From Botryllus schlosseri (taxonomy: Eukaryota): 64,000 nucleotides of DNA. Location of the stretch: the NCBI GenBank assembly GCA_051294905.1, contig CM119371.1, positions 39,868,001 through 39,932,000 of the forward strand. The letters are read 5' to 3'. The notes under the pieces were generated by a model. That model searched no databases, was not told the DNA's origin, and was given only the letters and a program-made list of their open reading frames with translations. Position 1 is the stretch's first letter. Every line of letters begins with the position of its first letter. The position numbers and the translations under genes are program-made. Positions 11,950 through 26,050 of the stretch are shown one piece after another.

Positions 11950-14083
11950 TACTAGTTGCTGACGATTACCCCTGACGAGTGTCAGCCGAAAATGTTCAGG
12001 TTTATTTTAAAATAGATATATTATCCAAGAAATGAAAATTCTTACCAAAGTAACTTTTGCGCATTCCGCAGTCAATTGCGCCACGCTAAATAACGTCCTG
12101 ATGAAGCGATAAATATGACGATGCTCCGGCTCTCGCTTGTCGTAATCCGACGGCACACGATCATGCTGAAATGGAGATTGAAAAAACGCTGGTCCTAAGT
12201 CTTGTTATCGTATTAATGGATCGAACCTTGGCAGGTTACTCGCAAACATTTTCGATCATCGAAACACAGCGCAGACTTAGGCAACAAATATTCAGATTTT
12301 CTAACTTGAATAGAATTATTCCTGTACAGAGTTTATCTAAATTAGACTCGAATTAGAATTACGACCATACACAAGCGCGTAGCCACGGAGGGGTTTCGGG
12401 GGTCGTCAACACAAGGAGATTCTATATTCGTCATTTACGCATATACATAACCCTAATTAATTGATGCTATATCAGTAAATTCGAACCCCTCCCTTTCATT
12501 TCAAAACCCCCTCCTTATGTTTCGGCTGGCTAAGCGCCTGGCCACACAGTCTAATGCAAATTAGATTAAAATTAGAATGATAGCTACACAGATTTTTTTC
12601 CGAAATATAATTATGTCTACAGTTTTTACAAGTTATAGCTTACTACTAATTTTTTTTTTCAAATTAGACTAGAATTAGGATCATTAGTTTTTCTTCAAAT
12701 TAAGTTAGGATTAAAATTACAGCTAGGCTACAGTTTATTCCAAATTAGATCATAATTACAATAATAGCTATACAGTTTTTTTTTCAAATCAGACTAGAAT
12801 TAGGACTATAGCAACACAGTCTTCTTCCAAATTAGATTAAAGTAGAATTATACTAGATATTTTCCAAATTACATTAGAGTTAAAATTGTAGCTACACGGT
12901 TTATTCCGAGTTGGATTAGAATTAAAATTACAGCTAACATTTTTTTTCTGAATTGGACTAGAATTAGGATTACAACTATTTTTTTTCAGGTTACTTTGGA
13001 ATAAATTGTGGCTAAAGCTTATTTCAAATTAAATCAAAATTAGAATATTAGCTACATTTTTTTTTCAAATTAGACTAGAATTAGAATTATAACAAGTTCT
13101 TTCTTCAAATTAAATTAGGATTAAAATTATAGCTATAGTCTTTTCCACATTAGAATTACTGACTGAAACTTGTAAATTGAATGGAGTTTGTTGATATCAA
13201 AACAGAGTTCATCTCATAAGTACGAGAATTGAAAATGTCTGTATACAGAAAACTTGGCTCGATTTGCAGTGTACAGTTCTCGTGTGGAAATTTTGGGTAA
13301 ACCAGAAATTACGCCAATATCATAATTACAATTAGATCGTAGAATCATTTTACAAGTTAAACTAGAATCAGATTGATGGCATCTGGCTTTAGAATTAACT
13401 AGTTGTCCAAGTTTGCTACTAACGAACTTGATATAATATGTAAAAATTTATATCGGGTTTGCGGATTGCCTGTGCCGTACATAGCACAGCAAGTCCTGAG
13501 ACAATACTATCAACTATTAAAAAGCGAAAATATCTCACTGTCAAAGGATGCCTTTTTTCATCGAAAATTTCCATAGTCTTCTTTTCACTGTCCCATTTTT
13601 CGATGAGGTGTTACTCGGCTAACGCGACGCTCTATAGACAGAAAATACGGATGGCAACCATATTGGGTAACAGAGTTAATTTCAACTTGTGCCTGATATT
13701 GCGAATTGATTATGATTGACTTGAAGAATTGAGTGTTAATTGTAATTATTGGAGTCGTATAGCAAGAGATGAGATTTGAGAGTACTGAATTATAGGGTTT
13801 TGACTCGAGTGAAAATCCACCTTTTTCAACTATGACTGAGTGACATAGAATAGTTTGCACTCATAATTTCGTAATCTTCCTCAGTCCCAACAGTTTCTGG
13901 CCTTATTTTCCAAGTATCAGGACTGATAGATGAAATGTCAATCATGCGAGGACTTTAATTACAATGAAATGTCTGTCTTAGCCGTCCTAGTCTCAAGTCG
14001 TATGACTTGGTTCGAGTCATGCAAAATGCACAACATAAAAATTGACTCGAGTAAAGTTATTTTAGGCATTGACTCAAGTCGAG
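11950..14083 (+). repeat. Diverged direct duplication of ~295-2545
   Basis: Colinear matches of non-TE sequence (421-650 vs 12041-12270; 1547-1900 vs 13416-13785), with the same MITE at the same position in both copies. Confidence 0.8.
12372..12540. mobile_element. Short hAT MITE nested in a CAGACTT MITE
   Basis: TIR CAAGCGCGTAGCC/GGCTAAGCGCCTG and TSD ACCATACA/GCCACACA. Confidence 0.65.
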
Positions 14084-14085
14084 TA

Positions 14086-14921
14086 CCATAATTTTCCATG
14101 TATAATGCGCAAAATTTTACCGATTTTTTGCCCTGAAATAGGGGGGTGCGTATTATACATGGGTACAGCAAGCCTTGAAAAATAATCCCTCGATCAAAAA
14201 CTTGAAATCACACCTTTCTTCATGCTTGTTTAAACCGCGCATCACCTCTAGCCATTGGGCTTCGTAATTCGTATTATAGAGTGTAACGCGCTGCCAAATA
14301 GAGACGCGTGTTGCCAATTAACGAAAAGTGCATTGCCAATTAACGAGAGTCGTCTGCACAGCATGCGATCTCTTGCTGAGTTGGTTTGCCGTTTCAACGC
14401 GAGCGAAATTAGGTCGCTGATTGTTACAACCGTGCGCGGCAGTCCTTGCTGATTCATCGCATCAACGGCAGGCTTTAACACTCGCATACACAAGAGGCCA
14501 TGTGCGCATTGCGCAAGATATAATCGCTTGCGTAATCAGTCGCATCTCCAACAGGACTGGTGCACCCGATTTAACCGTTGGCCTGAGCAATCGCATCTGT
14601 AATTGTAATAGGCCCTGTGCGCAAGATGTCGTGTGTTGCTAGCCTGAACTATCGCGTCGCCGTCCTTGCAGGCCTTGGTGACTATCTACACTCGTTTAGA
14701 GACAATGCGATAATTGTTTTATGATTAGCGATGGTTATGTCATGATTGTTCGACAGTGACATCGCAAAACAGAACAACATCGTGTACTAAAACACAACTA
14801 TTCATGTACTGCGAATGCAGGGTGCGTACTATACATGGGTACAGGCTTTTTCCCAGAATTTACACGCTATTTTAAGGGTACGTATTATACATGGGGGCGC
14901 ACTATATTCGGAAAATTACGG
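14086..14921. mobile_element. Tc1/mariner (pogo/Tigger-like) MITE
   Basis: TA-flanked TIR CCATAATTTTCC/GGAAAATTACGG. An inverted copy is at 17720-18579. Confidence 0.8.
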
Positions 14922-15109
14922 TAATAATAATATGAAAATCGAAAGTAAAATTTCAAATTTTTTCTGTCTATCCCATAAACAGGTTAGGCTATCAGTATAG
15001 ATGATGCAAACCAAATTTGGTTTCATTCCAATCACTAAAGGAAAGTTTTTGCGGTATAAAAATTTGAATTTGAATAAAATAGTATTTACAGTGACTAACT
15101 CTTTTAAAT

Positions 15110-16797
15110 CAGTGATGCCCAACAGCGGCCCCCAGCTAGCCTTCTTGCGGCCCCCGAAAAATATTAAGAAATCGAGTTATGACAAAAAATAAAATTCATA
15201 TTTAAAAAGATACACTTGCTTGGCTTGGAGTCTAGAATTTTTAATTAAAATTGCAGGAAAGTCGTGAGTAGACTGCTATCGTTTAGTCACAGCTGTTTCA
15301 ATGCAATGTGCCATAGCTTTCCAGTTGAAGGAGCAGTAGCTATAGTCAGATAAAGACATGACCATAACTGCCGCACGCCAAACCCCAAGGGGGGGGGGGG
15401 CGAGATTAAAAGGGGCTCAAATTATTTCGTGAATTAGCATAAGTTGTAAAGTATTTTTTGAAATTTATGCATCCTTTTCAATTTTTTGCTCTAGGCGTGA
15501 TTTCATGCTCCCAAATATCTTGATTTCCGGGTACTCATCTCCAAGAAAAAATGCGCAAGATTTATAGAAATGGGCCAATACCGTGCCACGACGTACCAAT
15601 AGATATTAAGTTTAAGGCCATGTAACATGCGACTCCAAGAAGTGTGTCAGAACGATCGGCAGCGAGACAACCTTGGCTGAACAGGACTGCCCTTATGCTG
15701 ACCGAAAACTTCGTTATACATACAAAATACTCTGTTGGCAATCTGAACCTCTCAAGACAAATACCATACCACTGAAAAAAATATATTCCAGTGAAGAAAT
15801 ACCAATTTCAAATCGTGTGCGTCTCTTAGTTTAGTAGCCTACGTTTGGACAATTCTATATTTTTTGGATATAGCAGACAGGTCTCGAAATAACATGTTAC
15901 GGAATCGTACTAATGGGCCCTACAGTTTCCAAGACACCTCACTCAGCTCTACCCTGTAAATCTGATTACGTGAGCAGCGAGGACAAGAAATTGATAGCAA
16001 TATATATGTAATTCCCACTCATATTGACCGATTTTATCACCAATCATCATAAATTTTAGCGCTTTGCGCCGGCTCACTTACACCGATTTCGTGGCAAAAG
16101 CCAACAAGGTGGTACGGTAGGTTTACCACCCTATGGAAGCCCAAGATGCAAGTCTAACATTTTGTTTTGAGGGTGGCTGACGAAGTGCTGTTTCGTTCCT
16201 GCCAACGGGTATACACACGAAGATGTTTAATTATTATTGAGGGGCCCTACCTTTTCAAACACGCCTCCGTCGCCTCTAACTGTAAAACTGATTATGTGAG
16301 CAAAGAGAGGATAAAAATGGATGGCAATATATATGGAATTTCCGATCATATTGACTGGTTCAATCAAGAATTACAGAAAGTTTTCACGCTTCGCGCGTCC
16401 AGGCGATAAAACCTGATTCACTATATCGCCCCGAAAGCAGCATAATTGGTAGTCCTATTGCGCACGACCGAAGCGTCTGCATAATTTGATAGGTCCCGTC
16501 TTCATCGGAAGCTAGTGTCGCACTGATTCCAAAATTACAAATTGAAATCTCGCCAGGGCGAAAAAACTACTCTGAAATGGCCACAAAAGGTCGATTGTAC
16601 TGGACAATGGAAGGGCAGCAACACAATGACCATAACAATGGCCATTTACGTCATAAGTGATTGATCGGAACAATGCCAATTTTCATATTTTGATGACTAT
16701 TTTGGGTTCGTTTCATTGCCTTGGTATTCAGGCGGCCCCGACCGTACTCTGAAATTCTAAATTTGGCCCTGACACTGAAAAAGGTTGGGAACCACTG
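15110..16797. mobile_element. hAT (Charlie-like) non-autonomous element inserted in a fold-back MITE
   Basis: TIR CAGTGATGCCCAAC/GTTGGGAACCACTG and imperfect TSD TTTTAAAT/CTTTATAT. Internal duplication at ~15915-16080 vs ~16240-16400. Confidence 0.65.
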
Positions 16798-17719
16798 CTT
16801 TATATATTGAATAAAATGATGGAATTGATAAATTTTCCTACTGCAGCAACATAGCTTCTACTGGTTGGAATGGAACCAAATTTGGTGTCCAGCGTTGTTT
16901 TAGCCAACATAATTATTTTATGACGTAGGCCTAGCCAAACCAATTTGAAAGAAAAATTGTTTTTGAACAGCTCTACTGTGTGTTCACGTACACTATGCAG
17001 TTACACAGACATGCAATCGGTAAAAGCAGGCAAAAGCTGTTCGAGGGCTCACCAAAAATTCTGCGTTACTCGACCACCTACATGAGTTCTCACTTCCACT
17101 GGGTGAGGGCCGAATATCAAGATCTACACTCACCATTTGATTGTTGCTTTCATGTTCGGTTGGTTCACAGTGATATCAGCGAATATATGGTCAAGCAGGA
17201 ACTATATCTTTGTGTACTCCGTTTGATAACTGAAAAATAGGTATGATATTATAAATACCTTTATTCGAGAGTGTTAACAACAGTTGCAAAGGTGCCACAG
17301 GGTATGGCGGCAGACTTGTCCAAACTGGGCTACTGGATTTTCAAAGTGCGCTACTAGAACTAGAACTACTCCCTTTTCATAGTTTGCAACTAGAACTACA
17401 ACTAGATCTAAAAAAAACTGTTAGTTAGTTGACCGTCAACTAGCTAGATATATGGGTAGTTTGTAAAATTCTGTACGAGGCCATAATCGGTGCTTATACA
17501 TTATGGGAATCTCAATTGGTCATATCGCAGAATCCAAATATGAAGAATATCCACAGAAACGACATTTCTGCGATCAACAGCCCAGTATGGTAACAAAAAA
17601 CACAATGAAATGAGCAAAATTTATTATTGACGATATGTAACTAGTGCTAAATACAAGAGTAAAGAATGTGCATTATTTAATTTGTTGAGCTGTTATCAAG
17701 TCATAATGAGTAAGTGTTA

Positions 17720-18579
17720 CCGTAATTTTCCAAGTATAGTACGCTCCTATGTATAATACGCACCCTTAAAATGGCATGCAAATTCTGGGGAAAAGCATGT
17801 ACCCATGTATAGTACGCACCCTGCATTACCAGTTCATGAATGGCTGTGTTTTAGTGCGCGATGTTGTTCTGGTTTGCAATGTCACTGTCGGACAATCATG
17901 ACATAACCATCGCTAATCATTATGCAATTACCGGCATTGTCTCTAAACGATAGTACAGAGCAGCCAAAGCCTGCGACGCGATAGTTCGGGCCAGCGACAC
18001 GACGTCTTGCGCACGAGGCCTATTACGGATGCGATTGCTAATCTTTATACAAGTAACGGTATTGTCTCTATAAGAGAGTAGACAGCAACCTGCGAGGCCG
18101 GCGACGCGACATCTTGCGCACGAGGTCAAATGCAATTGCTCAAGCCAACAGTTATGTCGTACACACCACGCCTGCTGGAGGTGCGACTACGCAAGGGATT
18201 ATATTTTGCGTACCTGCCCTGTCGATGAATTAGCGAGGATTGCCGCGCGGCGTTCAGCAATCAATGAATGACCTAATTTCGCTCGCGTACAAACGACAAA
18301 CCAATTCAGCAGGAGATTGGGTGCTGTGCAGACGACTCTCGTTAATTGACAACATGCTTTTTGCTAATTGGTAGCGCATTATACTGATAATACAAATTAC
18401 TGGGCACGATGGCTGAAAGTGATGCGCGATTGGAAACAAACATGAAGAAAGGTGTGATTTCAAGTTTTTAATCGAGGGAGATTTTTTTCAAGCGTGTTGT
18501 TTCCATGTATAATACGAACCCCCCGATTTTAGGGCCAAAAATCGTGAAAATGTTGCGGATAATACACGGAAAATTACGG
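17720..18579. mobile_element. Second, inverted copy of the same pogo/Tigger-like MITE
   Basis: TIR CCGTAATTTTCC/GGAAAATTACGG. The body is reverse-complementary to 14086-14921. Confidence 0.8.
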
Positions 18580-18689
18580 CATGCTTCGGCGATTTTTTAA
18601 CTTGCGGGACACTGGAAAAGTTGTAAAACTCTTGCGGGACACTTTCACCAAGAAAAGATGTTTTTTATTGCATGAGCAGAACATATACA

Positions 18690-19215
18690 ATAGAAAAGAG
18701 GTCGAATTGTTCATTTTGTAATGCACATGCGTAGATATGAAAAGGATTTTTGGTTATCGCTAACAAAACCACTTGCGTTGAAATCGCCACACAGACTTAG
18801 TCATTAATTCCAAGCAGCGTCTCTCTGGTTTACAGCTTTGAATTTCACCTAACCAAACCTTGCCATGAAGAAGCAAATTTTAACAGAATATTTATTGGTT
18901 TTGCATCGATTGTGGAATAGGATTTGCTAGCAGACAGCTAAAAATCGCGCAACTTCTTTTGAAGAAATGGCTTTCCGATTTCGTAAATTAATCAGCTGCT
19001 CTTTCCGCGGAAATATCGCTTGATTTGTTAGGATGCCAGAACTGATTTCCATTGCCACTTGTGTTCATTTATCAGCTGTTGCAGAAGTTAAAGCGTCTGC
19101 AAGTCGCGTATATTAGTCTCCAGGCCTTTTTCAAACTACTATAAGTTCTTCTTTTTAAGACTTCGAAAATTTTTCGCCGCACACCCGAGAATCTGTGGTG
19201 GAACACAGAAATTAC
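18690..19215 (-). pseudogene. Possible decayed CARD/caspase-like gene fragment
   Basis: By-eye translation gives LLLHGK and, ~45 codons later, PKILFI/YAC (cf. caspase SHG ... KPKLFIIQAC). Multiple stops and frameshifts. Confidence 0.35.
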
Positions 19216-20007
19216 TTGACTATAGACTATTGGATTTTCAAAATGCGCAACTAGAACTAGAACTAGACTACACGCTTTACAAAACTCACAAACATAGTTA
19301 TCACAAACTAGAACCGACAACCTTTAAAAATCCGCAACTGACCAAGTAACTAGATTCAAGTCTAAAGCAACTAATTAATTTTTATAATAGCATAACTGTT
19401 TTCCACGCGAGTACAAGTTTAAAATGGGACGAATTGCGACCCCCAAAAGCCATTCCCTGGCTACCTCACAGTAGTGACGAGTGATGAGTCTGAGCTAGCA
19501 ATGGCTGCAAAAACATCACACAACAGAGCACTGGTATCAAGATTCACGCTAAACGGCAATACTGTTTTTCTAGTATTTAAGCAACTATTTTTTTAAATGC
19601 CATACTAGATCTAGAACTACTCACAATACAAGCAGCTAGTTCACCGTCAAGGAACTAGACTGATAGTTTGCACAAGTCTGGTTCAGTACAAGTCTACATG
19701 GATTGAATGTACGTTTGACATTGGACAAAGTTTTATCGGAACGGCCTTGAAACATAATCAAGGAATTTGACAACTCATGGCTGCGTTTGCGACTTTCTTC
19801 TTTTCAAGAACTGGAAAAGGAAATTATTTCCGTACAACGATAACTAAAAAAATATCGTTCTGCGCTTACCTTTCACTCTGAACATGTGCAAAAAAATGGT
19901 TTCTGTTTGCGGGTGGTCGGAAGGCGGCTGGTCAAAGTCTTGCGAAAATAGAAAGATAAATTGAATAACAATATAAACAGCAACGAACATACCACTTTAC
20001 TATGATC

Positions 20008-20503
20008 CAGTGTTGGGATCAAGTCTCTACCTTCGAGTCAAAAGTCATCGCACATTTTGACTCGAGACAAGTCATGTCAATCGATTTTCAAAGGTGACTC
20101 GAGTCAAGTCACCCGTTTTTTTTGGGGGTGACTCGAGTCAAGTCAAGTCACGATTCAAGTTAAGTTGAATTTTCAAAGTATGAGTGATGATGCTAAGTGA
20201 TTACAATTTTTTAACTGGTTGAAAGGCAGATTAATTGTCCATTTATCTTGAATCAAATGACGAATATAAAGTTAAATATAAGGTACATGCAAAGTGACGT
20301 TGTGTGGATCACGCACACAAAGAACTGCTAACAAAATACATGAGTAACTGTATATCTTCATGCTGGAGTCTATTATTATTGAGTCACGAGTCAATCCACA
20401 TTCATGAACCACCCGAATCAGGTCAAGTCAATTTTGCAAAGTAACTCGAGTCAAGTGAAGTCATAGGCCTACACAAAATTTGACTTGAGTCATCCCAACA
20501 CTG
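20008..20503. mobile_element. hAT MITE
   Basis: TIR CAGTGTTGGGAT and perfect 8-bp TSD CTATGATC. Confidence 0.88.
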
Positions 20504-20963
20504 CTATGATCCTAGTCTACACCAGGCAATTTGTGAGTTAGGTGCATCACATATAAACTCAGTAGGCCTTACGAATACCGGCATAACATAAAAATTTATC
20601 AATCAAATTAGGCTATGGAAGATGTACTAGTAGCTATGTTTGATCTTCGGATTGATTTTGTGGACTTGACTTAGGCAAACTTAAAAATGAGAGATTCATT
20701 AAATGCCTTCTGAAGACAGATATTTTCAACTGATACTCGACACTGGTAATCGTCAGAATCACATAGAGAATCGGGGGGGGGGGTCGGGGGTAAACTATTC
20801 TCGCGTGACAACTGAGATTACTGATTTGAAATGATTTTGACTCTGCCAGTGACGAGTGATCAGGTGCTCACTGTTACCAACTGACGAAGTGCAAGTGCTT
20901 CACCAACAAACTATTATACAGCAAATCCCGGTAAAAACATGAGGTCAAAACTTTATATACTAC

Positions 20964-21476
20964 TAGGGCTGGGCAAAATCGAGTACCTGGGTGATTCGAT
21001 TCTGAATCACGTAAAATGCTTCGAGTCGAGTCGAGTATTCGAGTATCACTCATTATGACGTCACAACCGAATGTACTATGACAAAGTTTAAATATGTACC
21101 TTTTATGCCACCACTAAGAACATAATGACTCTTATCCGCCACATTAAAGATACTTTGGTATTTTTTTCGACCATACCGATTTCATTGCACTTCTTGACAA
21201 TGCCGTGGGATGATCATGACTTCGTAAATGTTATTTCCAGCAACGTTCCTAGCTTTGTACTATGACTCGTATGCTGCGATACCGCCGATCAAGGTTTTAA
21301 GGGTTCCTCAGTGGAAAATAGTATGAACAATATAATTCTCGTTAGTAAATTAACTTTCAGCTGCGAGGAGCGTATAATTTCAGTACTCGAAAAATCGTAT
21401 TTTACTACTCGACTCGAATCATCAAAATTAATACTCGATTCAGATTCGAGTACTCGAATCATTGTGCCCAGCCCTA
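20964..21476. mobile_element. hAT MITE (TAGGGCTGGGCA family), uninterrupted reference copy
   Basis: TIR TAGGGCTGGGCA and perfect TSD TATACTAC. Interrupted copies start at 24652 and 49221. Confidence 0.88.
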
Positions 21477-23281
21477 TATACTACACACTAATTACAATAC
21501 TAGCATTTTGTTTGAATTTATTCATATTTTTTTCAAATAAAATCAACGAGCCGTGACACGTGCAATTGTCAACAAAGTCGGCGCGATACCCCGTGCCACT
21601 AATACCGATTCCATACTGGATAATACACAGACTGAGCCAAATCCAGCTGTTCGACTCGATTATTGGACATTTCATACTAGTGACGTCATATTTTTTGATA
21701 CGATTGTTGGTACCGTATAAGATCTTCTTTCCAATTCTCTACTAGTTGCTGACGATTAACTCTGACGAGTGTTAGCCGATAATATCAGGTTTCAGTTCAA
21801 TATATGAACATAGGCCTACACTACAATGTTCAATAGAATACTGAAGTTATTATGCACCTTCAATTCGGTACAATGTAAATAGAATAAGTTATAAAATCAA
21901 TCTTACCATCAAGAGTCTCTCTTTCGTTAATATGCGGCAGAACTGACACCGAAAGTAATCCGTCATCATCATCGTGATTTGCGTTCGATTTTATGAGCCT
22001 GTTACCACGTTTCGATACTGGCGGTGCCCTTGGTGATTTAGGACTGGATGTGTTGATACAGCTGAAGTGCTTATCTCCCATTTTCAGAAGCTTTTTCGCA
22101 GAAGTCTTGATAGGCTATATCGTGTGTTCATAACTTTGAAGACTCGTTCATGTCCTCACAGAAACATTCAAGGAAAACGTTGCGACGAAACTTCTTGATT
22201 ATTTCACCGTGCAGAAAGGCACTGTGGCATGTTGAGCCAAGGTAAGCTCTCTGCATGTGGAATCGCAAACAGATATCAGTTCAGGATCTGGATTAGAAAT
22301 TACCGTATTCTCTGTATTGATAAATAAACTATTAGTGGCGAGGAGCGTCTAATTTCAGTACTTGAAACCATATTTCTCACTATTTGACTCGAATGGGCAA
22401 TAATTGTGCTTGTGCACATTTCCAACCACATGATGGTACTCGTGCAGGGCCGTCGGAGTCGACCAGGCGGGTGCAGATATGCTCACCACTCATGAGCCAC
22501 ACGGGAAACAGTGGTTGTTTTTGGCAATGAGTTGAGCTTGACAGAAAGGTTTCTTACAGACTAATTAATAATTAAACAAAAAGTTGCAGGTGACGTTGCC
22601 ATCAATCCTACTCTGGCTCCTCAGTCCTTATCGAATAATGATACCGCTTGATATCAATTGTACAGCTGAGCTTAAATACAGTTCTGCACTAGAAGATCAC
22701 GAATTGTATCTATGGAATGAACAAAAGCAAATAGAACAAAAACTGGAATTTTGATGATGGGAAGGTTAACGCGAAGAGATAACTCCACCAATTTGAAGTA
22801 AGTGTGAGAATAGAAGTGGGAAATCGGATCAGAAGCAAATGAAAAATGACATCAAATATTAAGCCACGGCGATATATAACAATCAGGCATTTAATGATAT
22901 TACCCAATATATATCAAGAAGAAGTAATAGTAGCTAGCTGGTAACCATGGAATTGTACAATTATGAGACACGGTAGTCAATATTGGATCATCCCCATTCT
23001 GCCCACAAATGCTGGAAGGCGTGAAGGCCCGTTCAGTAACAACTTGCTGACGCTTACAATACCTTTGGTCAATCGGTTCAAAGCTTGGAGCACGACGCTT
23101 ATAGTCGAGTCGCACAAAATGTCAATAATAGCACCATCCTGAAATTATGTCCCTTAGTTGACCAAATTTCTTGTCCAGTCTTGCCGACTTGTTTATTGGA
23201 CAGGAAAAAATTTATTTTAAACTGTGGTGTATCTTTGGCCTTTCGGATATGGTTTGTAAGGTGCATTATACCACTTGAACA

Positions 23282-24281
23282 TTGGGTTGTAATCAAGTCA
23301 CAAGTCAATTTCACTTTTATAGGTTTGACTAGAGTCAAGTCAAGTCATATTCAATTCACCACCGAGTCCAAGTCAGTGAGAAGAGGGTCGAATCCGAGTC
23401 ATGGTGTTATGACTCTAGTCGAGTCCAAGTCATTTTGTTGACTGACCAGTTTCCAGTTAAGGTCTTGCTAAATCAATTTTTATAACTCTGTCTGGTGATA
23501 TCGGATGGTTCACATTCATAATATACTTAATATTACTCATTTTTAGCAGTTTCTGGTCGCAATTTCAAGTGCCAGTACTAATGGACGAAATCCCAATAGT
23601 GTGGTTAGGCTACCTTTACTATTCTTCGACATTACAATGACATGTCTGTCTAGACCGGCTGAGTCTCGAGTCATATGACTTGGTTCAATGACGAGTTCAA
23701 GTCGAGTCAATACACTGCAAAAAATAGGACAAATTTGGTCTTATGGTCTTAGAGTGACTTTTTATGAAAAAATGTCTTAAAGACCAATCGGTCTAAATAA
23801 GAATTTTTCGTCTCAAAATTTAGAGCCCATTTTCGCTTGAAGCCAAGAGACAAATTGCATGTCTTATAAAGCGGAATCAGTATTAATTTCAAGACCGAAT
23901 AATCTCGAGAATTGAATATGGCCTTAATTATAAGACCGAATAATCTTGACATGATTGAATATGGTACCGTATCAAAAAGCTGAATCAGTCTTCATTTTAA
24001 GACCGACTAATCTTGACGATTCAATATGTTCTGGAAAAGCTGAATCAGTCTCGATTTCAAGACCTCACTTCATCAGTAAGACTGAATTTGCTGAAAATGA
24101 GACCAAATCCAGTAATGTCTTAAATTTGAGACCAAAATTGCAAATTATTTTTTGTAGTGATTCACAGATTGAGCTGAGTCTAGTCGTTTCCGTATTTTGA
24201 GAAAAAATACTCTCCAGTCACGTCAAGTCATCATAAAATCGTGACTCGAGTGGAGCCATGACTCGAGTCATTACAACCCTG
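23282..24281. mobile_element. GACTCGAGTC-rich hAT MITE interrupted by a CACTG-ended MITE
   Basis: Family TIRs are present and the sequence resumes after 24160. Confidence 0.75.
23713..24159. mobile_element. CACTA/EnSpm-like MITE
   Basis: Ends CACTGCAAAAAATA/TATTTTTTGTAGTG. Internal AAGAC-containing repeats. Confidence 0.65.
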
Positions 24282-24651
24282 ATTGAAAACTTGTGGGTTT
24301 GATTTGCATTTGAACATAGCAATTATTGCAATCACCAATCACCATTCAGCAGAGCCAGTGTCCCATAAATCAGGTTGCAACCACTCTACACTTCACTCTT
24401 TCTGTGCTATCTCTCATGACGTCGACTTTCCCCAATCCATTACAATGGACAAACGAAACTCAGAAAACGGAATCGCAGTTGAAATCGACACCCTGACTTA
24501 GTCGGGCTGACTATAGGTTAGTAATCTGCTCACACGAAGAGTTTCAGCCCCACTCAAGAGCATCACTAACGCACTGATCAACACTACTTGGCGTTGACTT
24601 TCAAATTGTTTAGTGGTCTCTCGGTTAAATAATATAGAAAAGCACCATAAT

Positions 24652-26050
24652 TAGGGCTGGGCAAAATCGAGTACCTGAGTGATTCGATTCTGAATCACGT
24701 ATTATGCTTTGAGTCGAGTCGAGTCGAGTATCACTTATTATGACGTCACAACAGAATGTACTATGTCAAAGTTCAAATATGTAGGGGAGAGGAGGCCAAG
24801 ATGAGACACGGGGCAAGATGAGACATGCAATTTTTTCATAGAAAAATTTGCTGATGGACAGATTCCTTCAACTATATTGTTCCCATAATGCCATTCCATA
24901 GTCCTACCATATTAACAAGGCAAACAGATTTGAGGTTGGGCAGAAAAATGCCAAAAACTATATTTTCATAGCCTATGTCAGTTATGTGATTTCATGTTTG
25001 TAAGGGCATACCTATCATAGTACTTAATATTATAAAACAAGAATACTGGAGCTGGTTGAGTGCAATATTAGCAGTGTAATCATGCGCTTACATCTGAAAA
25101 GTAAGGGACATAAATTTTTTTATTCAAATTTATATGTAAATTTAGGTGTGGGGGTAAGATGAGACAAAATCATGGGGGTAAGATGAGACATGGGTATCAG
25201 AGGGCTTTTCTATTGAAGGCCTCGGAAGATTAAAAATTTACTGTTGAAGGCACACAAAATGTATTATTCATCTAGTGATTTACCAGATGTGACATTACAA
25301 GACAAAATGATAACGAAACTCTTATCTCATGGTTAATTGGTTTTCGATGTCATTTATATTTGTATATGATGTACCAACTCTTTTTAAAAATGAATTATTT
25401 CATGATTATTAGATTTTATTCACAATGTTGCTGGTTGATTCATCATTTGGGATGAATTGGTGGTGTAATGAGCATAAATTGCTTGGTGTCTCATCTTAAA
25501 CACAGTCTGTCTCATCTTACCCTCACCTGGGGGTAAGTTGAGACATTTGAGCAAGGATTTTTGAGGGCCAAGAAATCCATCAGTATGTTGTTCAATATAA
25601 CTCAAGCCATCGTCATAGAAAGTAGAGATCACAGGCTTTCCATTTGTACCAAAATTAATCCTCAGAAGGCATTACTCTTTGAGTGGCCTTGAATTATCAG
25701 AAAAGTGTCTCATCTTGGCCTCCTCTCCCCTACATTCATTTTAGATAAATTAGATAACCTTAGTTATCTATACTTTTATGACACCACAAAGGAAATAATG
25801 CCTGTTATCCTTCACATTAAATATACTCTGGTATTTTTTGACCATACCGATTTCATTGACTTCTTGACATTATTGTGGGATATGATCATGAATTCGGAAA
25901 TGTGTTATTTCCATTAACGTTCGTAGCTTTGTACTATGTCTCGCATGCTGCAACACGGCCAATCTAGGTTTCAAGGATTCCTCAGTGGAAAATGGTACCT
26001 TTAAGTTGTCAGGAGCGTATAATTTCATTCCTCGAAAAAATCATATTATA
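24652..26050. mobile_element. TAGGGCTGGGCA-family MITE, interrupted and lacking its right end
   Basis: Colinear with 20964-21400 on both sides of the 24784-25730 insertion. Confidence 0.75.
24784..25730. mobile_element. Tc1/mariner-type MITE
   Basis: Perfect TIR GGGGAGAGGAGGCCAAGATGAGACAC and TA TSD. Internal copies of AAGATGAGACA. Confidence 0.88.

Noticed and set aside
17311..19680. Single large CAGACTTG-bounded element
   Set aside because: The flanks give no matching TSD and a second left-end-like sequence lies at ~19220. Two separate decayed MITEs are more likely.
22700..23280. Coding-like stretch
   Set aside because: Stops in all frames and no recognisable motif, so no call can be supported.
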